Shown: one piece after another, positions 18,622 through 28,198 of the stretch | How the letters are laid out: the number at the start of each line of letters is the position of its first letter | Numbering within the stretch: the stretch's first letter is position 1 | From: an uncultured Planctomycetia bacterium | GTDB taxonomy: Bacteria; Planctomycetota; UBA8108 | NCBI GenBank assembly: GCA_964392615.1 | Contig: CAYMRB010000004.1 | Coordinates: 1-63,591 of the forward strand | Length of the DNA stretch: 63,591 nucleotides | Reading direction: 5' to 3' | The notes under the pieces: generated by a model | Databases searched by the model: none | Seen by the model: only the letters and a program-made list of their open reading frames with translations | What the model was told of the DNA's origin: nothing | Position numbers and translations under genes: made by a program

Positions 18622-19761
18622 GTGCAGAAGCGCTCCAAGCGTCGACTCTTCCGTCTGGCCGCGCTGGCCCTCGCGGTCGCCGTTACCGTCGTGTTGATCG
18701 AGGGGCTCGCAGCGGTCGCTCTCCACGTGCTGCCGGAGGTCGACGACATCGCGCCGCAGGAGCTGCGCGATCGCGTCGTGCTGACCGGGCGCGCGTGCCA
18801 GACGCGGCCGGATCCGTGGCTGCAGTACCGGGTCGAGCCGTCGCAGAAGTCGCGCTACGCCAACGTCAACCGCCTGGGCCTGCGCGGGCCTGAAACGACG
18901 CAGCAGCCCGCGAGCGACACGGTGCGCGTCGTGATCACCGGCGGGTCGGTGACGTGGGGGTACACGTCGCGGTCCGACGACGACACGATCGCCGCGTATC
19001 TCGAGCAGCACCTGGAGGCGAATGCGGCGCGCAGCGAGCTACTGCGCGGCAAGAAGGTCGAGGTGCTCAACGCCGGCGTGCCGGCGTACGTGTCGTGGCA
19101 GGAGGCGCTCTACTACGATCTCCACCTGCGGCGCCTCGGCGCGTCGATCATCGTGGCGCTCGACGGAACGAACGACGCGTACGCGGGCATGCGAACGGGT
19201 CAGGCCGGCGTGCCGATGCGCTACGACCTGACTCGGCAGGCGTACCGCGATCGCCGACCGAGCCTGCTCGGCGCGATCGGCTCGTGGGCGTCGGCGCGGC
19301 TCGAGCGCATGAAGTTCATGCGGCTCGTCCGTCGAGTCAATCCGCCGTCGATCGACGACCTCGCCGTTGCCGATCCTGCCGCCGTCGCGATTGAGCACCG
19401 CGCCGCGTTGACGCATCTCGTCGACGTCGCGGCAAAGGAGGGAGCACGCGTGCTTGTCGCGCTGCAGCCGATGGCGGTGCTCCCCGGCGCCAAGGAGCTG
19501 ACGGAGTTCGAGACGCAAGCGCTCGAGTGCCAGCGCGCGAGGATCGTCGGCAGCGGCGACTACTTCACGAAGTGCTACGAGGCGTTCCGCAGGGAGCTAG
19601 CCGAGCTCGAGAAGCAGCGTCCCGACGCGCGCGTCTTCGACGCGACCGGCATCTACGCGCAGGAGAAGGGCATCATCTTCATCGACGACTGCCACTTGAC
19701 GCCGGAGGGCAGGCAGATCCTGGCGCGGGCGATCGGGGAGCAGCTCATCGCGGCGTGGTGA
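18622..19761 (+). CDS. Membrane-anchored SGNH/GDSL hydrolase-fold protein
   Basis: GGSVTWG, VLNAGV, DGTND and DDCH blocks. Confidence 0.85.
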   Translation: MQKRSKRRLFRLAALALAVAVTVVLIEGLAAVALHVLPEVDDIAPQELRDRVVLTGRACQTRPDPWLQYRVEPSQKSRYANVNRLGLRGPETTQQPASDTVRVVITGGSVTWGYTSRSDDDTIAAYLEQHLEANAARSELLRGKKVEVLNAGVPAYVSWQEALYYDLHLRRLGASIIVALDGTNDAYAGMRTGQAGVPMRYDLTRQAYRDRRPSLLGAIGSWASARLERMKFMRLVRRVNPPSIDDLAVADPAAVAIEHRAALTHLVDVAAKEGARVLVALQPMAVLPGAKELTEFETQALECQRARIVGSGDYFTKCYEAFRRELAELEKQRPDARVFDATGIYAQEKGIIFIDDCHLTPEGRQILARAIGEQLIAAW

Positions 19762-19796
19762 GACGCGATTCGATTCGAGCCAAGAGAAGAGAATTC

Positions 19797-19885
19797 ACCA
19801 CAGAGTCACGGAGCTCACAGAGAAGACCGGAGGGTCTTTCGTCTTCGCTGTCTTCTCTTCTCTGTGAGCGCTGTGGCTCTGTGGT
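19797..19885. repeat. REP-like inverted repeat (30-nt arms, 27/30 complementary) between convergent genes
   Basis: accacagagtcacggagctcacagagaaga (19797-19826) versus tcttctctgtgagcgctgtggctctgtggt (19856-19885). Confidence 0.85.
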
Positions 19886-19943
19886 TGTTCCCTCTTGGTC
19901 TTTCGGGTTCGGATTCGGCCCCGAAGACCAACACGGCGCGGGG

Positions 19944-22586
19944 TTACACCACCCGATTCCTCAGATCCGCCAGATACTGCAGCGCCTCCAGCGGCGTCAT
20001 CGAGTCGAGGTCGACGTGCTTGAGCTCCTTGAGCAGGTCCTCGTTCGCGTTGTGGAATAGGTCGAGCTGGATCATCCGCGGCTCGGATTCACCGGCTCCC
20101 TTCCCCTTGCGCGTCGACTTCGCGAGCGCCGGCTCGTCGTGGAGGTCGAGCGATTGGTTCTCGAGGTTGCCGAGGATCTCGCGCGCTCGTTCGATCACTG
20201 ACGTCGGGATGCCTGCCAACCTCGCGACGTGGATGCCGTAGCTCTTGTCCGCACCGCCCTCGACGACCTTGCGAAGGAAGATGATGTCGTCGTTCCATTC
20301 CTTCACCGCGAAGTTGAAGTTGCGGGCGACCGGGTAGTTGCGCGTGACCGTAGTCAGCTCGTGGTAGTGCGTGGCAAATAGCGTGCGCGCCTTGACGTTC
20401 TCGGCGATGTACTCGGTGATCGCCCACGCGAGGCTGACGCCGTCGAACGTGCTCGTGCCGCGGCCGACCTCGTCGAGGATGATCAGGCTGCGACTCGTCG
20501 CGTTGTTCAGGATGTTCGCCGTCTCGTTCATCTCGACCATGAAGGTCGACTGGCCGCGCGTCAGATCGTCGCTCGCGCCGACGCGTGTGAACAGTCGGTC
20601 GATGACGCCGATCTCGGCGCTCTTGGCGGGGATGAACGAGCCCGTCTGCGCCAATAGCGTCAGCAGCGCGACCTGGCGGATGTAGGTCGACTTTCCGGCC
20701 ATGTTCGGGCCGGTGATGATCATGATGTTCGCGTCGTCGTCGAGATCGATCGAGTTCGGGATGAACGGCTCGGTCGTCGCGACCTGCTCGACTACGGGGT
20801 GACGGCCGTCCTCGATGGCAAGCCGCGTGCCCGCGTTGATCGTCGGCCGGGCGTACCCTCTCTCGTACGCGAGCGTCGCGAAGGTGACGAGCACGTCGAG
20901 CTCGGCAATCGCGTCGGCGGTCGCCTGCAGCTCGGCAATGTGCTCGGCGCACAGGTCTCGCAGGCCCGCGAACAGGTCGTACTCGAGCTCGACGGCGCGG
21001 TCTCGAGCGTGCAGGACCTTGCTCTCGTATTCCTTTAGATCGGGCGTGATGTACCGCTCGCAGTTCTTCAGCGTCTGCTTGCGGACGTAGTCGTCCGGCA
21101 CCTTGTCGCGGTGCGTGTTCGTCACCTCGACGTAGTATCCGAACACCTTGTTGTAGCCGACCTTCAAAGTCGGGATTCCGGTGCGCTCGGACTCGAGGCG
21201 CTGGAAGCGGGCGAACCACTGCTTGCCCTCGGTCGCGATCTCGCGCAGCTCGTCGAGCTCCTGGCTGTGGCCGGCGCGAATCATGCCGCCTTCCCGGACG
21301 GTCAACGGCGGTGCTTCGTCGAGCGCGTCCGCCAGCGTGTCGCGGACATCCTCGAGCTCGACGAAGCGAGCGACGATCTCCTCGAGAATCGCCGCGTCAC
21401 AGCTCCGCATCGCGTCGCGGACGTGCGGCAGGGTCTCGAGCGTCCGGCACAGGGCCAGCAAGTCCCGCGCGTTCGCCGTTCCGTAGCTGATTCGCGTGCA
21501 GATGCGCTCGAGGTCGTGGACCTGTCGCAGAAGTCCGTAGACCTGCTCGCGCAGGAGCGGCTCGTCGACGAAGCTCGCGACGCCGAGCTGGCGATGGACG
21601 ATCTCGTCGACGGCGGTCAGCGGCTCGAGCAGCCACTCGCGCAGCTTGCGCCCGCCGAGCGACGTTGCCGTCTTGTCGAACGACGCGAGCAGCGTTCCCT
21701 GGCGACCTCCCTCGCGCGACGAGGCGGTCAGCTCGAGCGCGCGTCGCGTCGTGCGATCGATTGGCACGATGCGGCTCTCGCGGAACGCTTCGACTTTCGT
21801 CAGGTGCGAGAGCGCCACCTTCTGCGTGTCCTGCAGATAGCGCAGGAGCCCTCCGCCGGCGCGGATGCCGAGGTCGAAGTGCTCGCAGCCGAAACCCTCG
21901 AGGCTGGTCGTCCGGAAGTGCTCTGTCAGCGTGCGTCGAGCTGTCTTGCGGTCGAACGAGGGATCGGGGAACGGCGTCAGGAACAGCTCCTCGACGAGCG
22001 CCTGTACGTCCGGAGATTGCTCGAGGTCGAACGCGAGGCTCTCCGGCAACAGGCACTCCGCCGGCGACAACCGGCCGAGCTGCGCGGCGACGGCGGCGTA
22101 CTCCGTCGACTCCCAGACCAGAAACTGGCCCGTCGTCACGTCGATCCAGGCCAGGCCGATGCCCTTCTTGCTCGGGACGAGGCTGGCGAGGTAGTTGTGC
22201 GACTTCTCGCCGATGATCTTCTCGTCGGTGATCGTGCCCGGCGAGATGACGCGGACCACGTCGCGGTCGACGATACCTTTCGCGTCGCGCGGATCCTGAA
22301 TCTGCTCGCACACAGCAACGCGCTTGCCGGCGCGCAGCAGCTTGGGGATGTACGAGTCGACGGCCTTGACCGGGATCCCGGCCATCGGGATCGGGTTGTC
22401 CTTCTCCTTCGATCGCGACGTCAACGCGATGCCGAGGATCTCCGACGCGACGTGAGCGTCGTCGAAGAACATCTCGTAGAAATCGCCCATCCGGAAGAAG
22501 AGTACAGCCTGCGGGTACTTCTCCTTCGCGGCGAAGTACTGCTGCATCATCGGCGTGTGCGTCGACGGGTCCGGCGGGCGGATCAT
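19944..22586 (-). CDS. mutS: DNA mismatch repair protein MutS
   Basis: TPMMQQY, FFRMGDFYEMF, TGPNMAGKSTYIRQ, STFMVEM, LFATHYHEL. Confidence 0.98.
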   Translation of the reverse strand: MIRPPDPSTHTPMMQQYFAAKEKYPQAVLFFRMGDFYEMFFDDAHVASEILGIALTSRSKEKDNPIPMAGIPVKAVDSYIPKLLRAGKRVAVCEQIQDPRDAKGIVDRDVVRVISPGTITDEKIIGEKSHNYLASLVPSKKGIGLAWIDVTTGQFLVWESTEYAAVAAQLGRLSPAECLLPESLAFDLEQSPDVQALVEELFLTPFPDPSFDRKTARRTLTEHFRTTSLEGFGCEHFDLGIRAGGGLLRYLQDTQKVALSHLTKVEAFRESRIVPIDRTTRRALELTASSREGGRQGTLLASFDKTATSLGGRKLREWLLEPLTAVDEIVHRQLGVASFVDEPLLREQVYGLLRQVHDLERICTRISYGTANARDLLALCRTLETLPHVRDAMRSCDAAILEEIVARFVELEDVRDTLADALDEAPPLTVREGGMIRAGHSQELDELREIATEGKQWFARFQRLESERTGIPTLKVGYNKVFGYYVEVTNTHRDKVPDDYVRKQTLKNCERYITPDLKEYESKVLHARDRAVELEYDLFAGLRDLCAEHIAELQATADAIAELDVLVTFATLAYERGYARPTINAGTRLAIEDGRHPVVEQVATTEPFIPNSIDLDDDANIMIITGPNMAGKSTYIRQVALLTLLAQTGSFIPAKSAEIGVIDRLFTRVGASDDLTRGQSTFMVEMNETANILNNATSRSLIILDEVGRGTSTFDGVSLAWAITEYIAENVKARTLFATHYHELTTVTRNYPVARNFNFAVKEWNDDIIFLRKVVEGGADKSYGIHVARLAGIPTSVIERAREILGNLENQSLDLHDEPALAKSTRKGKGAGESEPRMIQLDLFHNANEDLLKELKHVDLDSMTPLEALQYLADLRNRVV

Positions 22587-22697
22587 GAGGAGACCACGGA
22601 ATCGCGTTGTGCGAAGGAGCTCGCGTGGTCGGATTGTAGGAAGCGCCCAGGGGAAGTCAATACGGGCGGGGGCCAGGGGGCCGTCCGCAGCGGTCGG

Positions 22698-23348
22698 CTA
22701 TCCGACGGTTTCCTCGCTGTCCTCGACGCTGTCGAAGATGGAGTCCCAGGTGCTGTCGAGCGCCTCGAGGATCGCCTCGCTGCTCTCCTCGTCGAAGATC
22801 TTGGCTTTGTCCCCGCTGCCGGAGGCCTTCGGCTTGCCCGGCGCCGCGCCGCTCTTGCCGCCGTTGCGCTTGCGATCCTCCAGCGCCTGGATCTGCTCTT
22901 CGGTGAGCGGACAGACCTTGTGCAGGTACTGCTCGACCTCGGTCATCGACGAGACGTAGAGGGCGACGTTGCTGCGCGTCATCCGCGGGATCTCGGCGAG
23001 AACCTCTTCGCTCGGCACCTCCGCAACCGCCAGCAGGATCATCGCGCCGACTTTATCGAAGGGGAAGATCTTGTTTTGGTAGAGGAACTCGGCAGGGAAG
23101 CGCTCGCAGAGCTTGTCACTGACCGAGTAGTTCTCGAGGTTGATATAGGGGAGTTGATACTGCAGCACGATGGTCTTCGTGATGTCCAGATCAGTGACAC
23201 AACCCATGTCGACCAGGATCGTGCCTAGCGTCTCCCCTGTCTTGCGCTGAATACGCAGTGCCTCCTCGACGTGATCTCGCGTGACGAGACCCTGATCGAC
23301 GAGGATTTCCCCGATTCTGCGGCGTTGGATGCGATTGAACTTGCTCAT
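22698..23348 (-). CDS. Stand-alone MshEN/GspE-N domain protein (putative c-di-GMP receptor)
   Basis: RRIGEILVDQGLVT...EALRIQ...TLGTILVDMGCVT tandem motif; no ATPase domain. Confidence 0.78.
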   Translation of the reverse strand: MSKFNRIQRRRIGEILVDQGLVTRDHVEEALRIQRKTGETLGTILVDMGCVTDLDITKTIVLQYQLPYINLENYSVSDKLCERFPAEFLYQNKIFPFDKVGAMILLAVAEVPSEEVLAEIPRMTRSNVALYVSSMTEVEQYLHKVCPLTEEQIQALEDRKRNGGKSGAAPGKPKASGSGDKAKIFDEESSEAILEALDSTWDSIFDSVEDSEETVG

Positions 23349-23649
23349 GCGATACCGGGCCCCCCGTTTGGCTCGATCTTCCCTCGGAGAGTACCACCCC
23401 GCATCCGAGACCGTCAAACTGGCCCGACGGGGCAGCGCGTAGCCTCCTACGTTCCGAGAAATCGCGCACCGACGCCTCCGGTTTGCCGACCGCCGCACCC
23501 CATCCTATTCTTGCGCGGGCAGAGGTTCTTCCATGCCTCCAGTGGGAGGTAGCTCTTGGGACAGGCCACGCGAGCTGGGGCCTGGGGAGACGTCTACGCG
23601 ACGGGAACCTCGCCTTCCGAAGGTCTGAGAAGCCGGATCGAGGACGATC

Positions 23650-24177
23650 ATGTCGACGGATGTCGAAAGTCGAACCGAGGATTGCATTCGGTTCCACCGA
23701 GACCCGGGTCTGCCCGCACTTCCGGGCCGACTCGTGTTCGAGAAGGAGATCCCCAGCCATCTCGAGCTCATCACCGTGCTCGTCGTGCGGGCCGTCGACC
23801 ACTTGCTCCGCGAGGAGCTGATCGAATTCGGATTCCGGGAGAAGGCGCAGCTCGTCTTCACCGAAGCCCTGCGCAATGCGGTAGGGCACGGCAACCGAGG
23901 TGATTTCCAGCGCAAGGCCACCCTGCGGATCTACGCGAGTGACCAGCGTTGGGGGGCGATCATCGAGGACGAAGGAGAAGGCTTCGACGTCGAGCAGCGT
24001 TTCTCGTCCTCTGTCGAGGACGGGCTTTGGGGCCAATCGGGGCGCGGGTTGCGCATTCTGGGTCACTGCATGGATGTGGTGACGTTTTTCGACGGGGGCA
24101 GGTCCGTATTGCTGGAACGGCAACGGCCCGGCGGCGGAATGGAGTCGGCGAGAACCGATGGATCTGACGCAAGTTGA
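23650..24177 (+). CDS. RsbW-like anti-sigma factor / ATP-binding protein
   Basis: EALRNAVGHGN, IEDEGEGFD, SGRGL boxes. Confidence 0.88.
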   Translation: MSTDVESRTEDCIRFHRDPGLPALPGRLVFEKEIPSHLELITVLVVRAVDHLLREELIEFGFREKAQLVFTEALRNAVGHGNRGDFQRKATLRIYASDQRWGAIIEDEGEGFDVEQRFSSSVEDGLWGQSGRGLRILGHCMDVVTFFDGGRSVLLERQRPGGGMESARTDGSDAS

Positions 24178-24532
24178 CAATCTCAAGAGCCAGATAATCG
24201 ACGGTGTGGCGGTCCTGGGCTTCGATCGCGGCTCGATCCACGACGAGAAGGAGATCCTCCTCACCCTCGAGAGTCTGAGCCGCTACGTCGGGAGCAAGGA
24301 CGGGCTTCGCATCCTCTTCGACATGTCCAACGTGGACTACATGTCGAGCGCAGGGCTCGGCCTCCTCGTGGGCCTGCTCAAGGCCGCGCGCAAGATGAAC
24401 GGCGAGTTCAAGCTCTGCTGCCTGCAGGACGCGATTCACGAGCTGTTCGAGCTCATGCAGTTCGATCGAATCTTCGAGATCTTCCCGTCTCGAGAGAACG
24501 CTCTCGCGTCGTTTCAGCAGCTGCAGGCCTGA
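24158..24532 (+). CDS. STAS-domain anti-sigma factor antagonist
   Basis: DMSNVDYMSSAGLGLLV phospho-acceptor motif; overlaps the RsbW-like gene. Confidence 0.92.
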   Translation: MDLTQVDNLKSQIIDGVAVLGFDRGSIHDEKEILLTLESLSRYVGSKDGLRILFDMSNVDYMSSAGLGLLVGLLKAARKMNGEFKLCCLQDAIHELFELMQFDRIFEIFPSRENALASFQQLQA

Positions 24533-24566
24533 CAGCCCGCTCTCGACGGATTGCTGACGCCGACAG

Positions 24567-26429
24567 TCAGCGACCGTCGGATGGTGTGTTGGCGTTGGTG
24601 TCGCGCGGCGCACAGAGCGCCTCCCACACCGCCTGCGCCAACCGCTCGCCGACGACCTCGGCGATATCGGCCCGTGACGCGTTGCGTATTCGCGCCAGCG
24701 TGCCGAACCGATCGAGAAGAGCCTGCTGCCGCTTCGGGCCGATGCCGGGGATGCCCTCGAGGCCCGTACGCAGCGTCGTCTTCTTGCGAAGCTCGCGGTG
24801 GTAGCGAATCGCGAAGCGATGGGCTTCATCGCGGATTCGCTGCAGATACAGCGACTCCGCGGTGTCTTGTGCCAGCGGTAGCGGATCCCGTCGATGCGGT
24901 GTGAAGACGCGCTCGGTCGTTCGCTTGCGGCGTCGTTCTTTCGCCAGCCCGACCACCGCGATCTCCTTCAGGCCCTGTTCGGCGAGTACTTCGACGGCGA
25001 CACCGAGCTGCCCCTTGCCGCCGTCGACGACGATCAGGTCGGGAAGGTCCTCCTCGGCCCGGCCGCGTTTCAGGCGACGCGTCAGGACCTCCCGCATGCA
25101 GCGGAAGTCATCGGCGCCTACGACGGTCTGGATGCGGAACTTCCGGTAGCGCTCCTTGACCGGCTTGCCGTCCTCGAACGTCACCATTGCGCCGACCGCG
25201 AGGGAGCCCTGGAAGTTCGAGATGTCGTAGCACTCGATGCGTCGTGGCAGGCGATCCATCTGCAAGAGAGAACACAGCGACGTCAGGACCGACTCGACCT
25301 GCTCCTGCTGCGTGCGGTCGATGCGGAAGCTGTTGAGAGCGTTCTTGCGGGCCAGCTCGAGCAGCGCGGCCTTGTCGCCGCGTTGCGGTAGGAGCATGCG
25401 CACTCGGCCGCCGCGGCGGTCCGTCAGCCAGGACTCCAGCATCGACCGGTCCGCGAAATCCCGGTCGCACAGTATCTCGGACGGCACAAAGCGATCCTGC
25501 ATATACGACTGGGTCAGAAAGCTCGACAGGACCTCGGCCGGCTCGAGCTCGGTCTTGAAGGTGTGACACTGCGAGTTGACGATCTTGCCCTCGCGGACGA
25601 GAAGCTCCTGGACCGCGGTGTACTCGCCCTCTTGAACCGTTGAGAACACGTCGAGATCCCCGAGGTGGAACTCCTGGGCTTTCTGCGTCTCGAAGACCTT
25701 GCGGATCGCTTGGAGTTGGTCGCGGTATCGAGCGGCCAGCTCGTAGGCGCGCTCGGCAGAGGCACGGTCCATGCGTTCCCGGATGATGCGCTCGAGCTCC
25801 TTGTTCTTGCCGCGCAGGAACAGGACGACCTGGTCGACGTCTTCGAGATACGCCTCCCGAGTGATCAAGTCGACGCACGGTGCGGTGCAGCGGTCGATCT
25901 CGTATTCGAGGCACGCCCGCTCGCGCGCCGCGAAGAATCCGTTCGTGCACGTGCGCAGCGGGAAGACCGTCTTGATCACGCGGAGCATCTCCCGGACCGC
26001 GCTCGCCGATCCATACGGGCCGAAGTACAGGTTGTCGTCCTTCTTGTAGCGACGCGTGACGAGCACGCGGGGCCACTCCTCGGACAGCGTGACCTTGATG
26101 CTCACGTACGTCTTGTCGTCCTTGAGTCGGACGTTGTAGACGGGCCGGTGCTTCTTGATCAGGTTGTTTTCGAGGATCAGCGCTTCGGCTTCCGACTCCG
26201 TGACGATGCAGTCGATGTCGGAAACCTTCTCCACGAGAAAGCGGATGAACACCCGCGTGTCCGACGAGCGCCCGAAGTAGGACCGCACGCGCGAGCGGAG
26301 GTTGACGGCCTTTCCGATGTACAGGATCCGGCTGCGGGCGTCCTTCATGATGTAGACGCCCGAGCTGGTCGGCAGCCGACGGATCTTCTCGCTGAGCTCC
26401 GCACCGGCCGACTTGTCCGTCACGATCAC
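24567..26429 (-). CDS. uvrC: Excinuclease ABC subunit C
   Basis: GIY-YIG (GVYIM..LYIGKAVNLRSRVRSYF), RIECYDISN, RDEAHRFAI, C-terminal HhH. GTG start overlapping the trmB stop is approximate. Confidence 0.97.
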   Translation of the reverse strand: MIVTDKSAGAELSEKIRRLPTSSGVYIMKDARSRILYIGKAVNLRSRVRSYFGRSSDTRVFIRFLVEKVSDIDCIVTESEAEALILENNLIKKHRPVYNVRLKDDKTYVSIKVTLSEEWPRVLVTRRYKKDDNLYFGPYGSASAVREMLRVIKTVFPLRTCTNGFFAARERACLEYEIDRCTAPCVDLITREAYLEDVDQVVLFLRGKNKELERIIRERMDRASAERAYELAARYRDQLQAIRKVFETQKAQEFHLGDLDVFSTVQEGEYTAVQELLVREGKIVNSQCHTFKTELEPAEVLSSFLTQSYMQDRFVPSEILCDRDFADRSMLESWLTDRRGGRVRMLLPQRGDKAALLELARKNALNSFRIDRTQQEQVESVLTSLCSLLQMDRLPRRIECYDISNFQGSLAVGAMVTFEDGKPVKERYRKFRIQTVVGADDFRCMREVLTRRLKRGRAEEDLPDLIVVDGGKGQLGVAVEVLAEQGLKEIAVVGLAKERRRKRTTERVFTPHRRDPLPLAQDTAESLYLQRIRDEAHRFAIRYHRELRKKTTLRTGLEGIPGIGPKRQQALLDRFGTLARIRNASRADIAEVVGERLAQAVWEALCAPRDTNANTPSDGR

Positions 26430-27073
26430 TCCCTCTCCGGTTCGACTCGCCGGTACTCGAGGTAGTGGATCGGCAGGCCGGCCCGCTTGAACTTGGTCTC
26501 GTACGGCGTCTCGATCGGATACAGGGGCCCCGCGGCGAAGTGACCCTCGCCCGCCTCGTTCACGAGCGACGGACAACCGTCGAGCACGCGCAGCATCTCG
26601 TGTGCGTAGTCAGGAGAGTCGGTGCGCAGCGAGTAGCGCCCGCCCGGTCGCAGCATGGCGCAAACGATCGGGTTGTTCTGCTCGCGGACGAATCGCTTCT
26701 TCCGGTGGCGCTGCTTGGGCCAGGGGTCCGGGTGGTTGAGGAAGAGGTGGTCGACGCAGCCCGGTGCGAAGAATCGACCGATGAATCGGTCGACGTTCAC
26801 GTCAAGCATGCGGATGCACTCGACCTCGGTCTTGTCGACCTTCTTGAGGAACTTGCGCACTCTCTTGGGAGAGTACTCGAAGCCGAGGTAGTTGAACTCC
26901 GGCTCTTCCTTCGCGACCTCGATCAGAAACGGCGAGTTGCCCACGCCCACCTCGACGCGGAGCGGCGCATGCCTGCCGAACACGGCGTTCCAGTCGATCG
27001 GTCCGTCGGGATATCCCGGGAGTGATTCGAACTCGAGGAGGAACGCAGAGTCGAATTCGGGGGCGGCGCGCAT
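26426..27073 (-). CDS. trmB: tRNA (guanine-N7)-methyltransferase
   Basis: VEVGVG, HPDPWPKQRHRKKR, LRTD, TPYETKF. Confidence 0.92.
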   Translation of the reverse strand: MRAAPEFDSAFLLEFESLPGYPDGPIDWNAVFGRHAPLRVEVGVGNSPFLIEVAKEEPEFNYLGFEYSPKRVRKFLKKVDKTEVECIRMLDVNVDRFIGRFFAPGCVDHLFLNHPDPWPKQRHRKKRFVREQNNPIVCAMLRPGGRYSLRTDSPDYAHEMLRVLDGCPSLVNEAGEGHFAAGPLYPIETPYETKFKRAGLPIHYLEYRRVEPERE

Positions 27074-27116
27074 CGCCTCAAGGGTCTCAACCGAGCTATT
27101 GGATGGGACAAGACGG

Positions 27117-28007
27117 TCAGTGGACGTGCTTCTCTTTCGGCGGGAGTCCGGTCGAGTCCGCGATGGCGACGCCTGGCATGTTCAGAATCGCGAGGTAGAC
27201 CTCCTCGATCACCTCGCGAGGGGTCGACGTGCCTGCGGTAATGCCGACGTGTTGCTTGCCGTCGAACATCTCCGGCTCGAGCTCGCTGGCGCGTTCGATG
27301 TGGTACGCCTCGACGCCGAAGTTCTCGGCCACCAGCTTGAGCTTCTTCGTATTCGACGAGTTGTACCCGCCGACGACGATCATCAGATCGACTTCCTGCG
27401 CGAGCTCGCTCGCCGCGACCTGACGGTCCTTCGTCGGCCGGCAGACCGTGTCAGTGAAGCTGACCTCCATGTCCGGATAGGTGTCACGGATCTGCTGGAG
27501 GAGCTCTTCGACGTAGTCGATCTGCTGGGTGGTCTGCGTGACGATGCCGATGCGCTCCTTGCCGGCGAGCTTCTCGATCTCCTCGGGAGTCCGGATCACC
27601 GTGTAGTCGCCGAGGTCGCCGACGATGCCCTTGACCTCGACATGCGTCGCCTGGCCGATGACGACCGGGTGGTATCCCTCGCGCACGTAGCGCGCGACGG
27701 CCGTGTGGACTCGCAGGACGAGCGGGCAGCTCGCGTCGATGACACGGTAGCCCATCTCCCGCGCGCGGTCGTGCACCGATTGGGCGGCGCCGTGCGCGGT
27801 GATCATCACGGTCTCCGATTGGATCGATTCGTCGAGCTTGTCGACGATGTTGACCCCGTTCTCACGCAGCGCTTCGACGACCTGCGGATTGTGGACGAGC
27901 TGGCCGATGACGGTCAGCTTATTCTGATAGATCTCGTCCATGGCGAGATCGATCGCATCCTGGACTCCGAAGCAGGTCCCGAGTGCTTTCGCGACCGTTA
28001 CTTTCAT
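27117..28007 (-). CDS. ispH: 4-hydroxy-3-methylbut-2-enyl diphosphate reductase
   Basis: GTCFGV, LVHN, DASCPLV, DTVCRPT..RQ, SSNT, TAGTSTP. Confidence 0.96.
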   Translation of the reverse strand: MKVTVAKALGTCFGVQDAIDLAMDEIYQNKLTVIGQLVHNPQVVEALRENGVNIVDKLDESIQSETVMITAHGAAQSVHDRAREMGYRVIDASCPLVLRVHTAVARYVREGYHPVVIGQATHVEVKGIVGDLGDYTVIRTPEEIEKLAGKERIGIVTQTTQQIDYVEELLQQIRDTYPDMEVSFTDTVCRPTKDRQVAASELAQEVDLMIVVGGYNSSNTKKLKLVAENFGVEAYHIERASELEPEMFDGKQHVGITAGTSTPREVIEEVYLAILNMPGVAIADSTGLPPKEKHVH

Positions 28008-28198
28008 GCGTCGAATCCTGGTCGGTTAACAGCGAGCGAACGGGCCGGCCCGAGACAGCAAACCGGGCGCGGCGGTTTAGGCGGTGCCTCGAGTCCGCGG
28101 CCTGGAGGTTACCGAGCAGCGGATTTTAGCTGTCGAATCGGGGCGAGTAAAGGACTTGCGTCTCCCGAGACGAATCTCTACGCTGCTCCGGGAATATC

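Noticed and set aside
16042-19761. Saxitoxin biosynthetic cluster
   Set aside because: No sxtA, sxtG or other core genes in the window.
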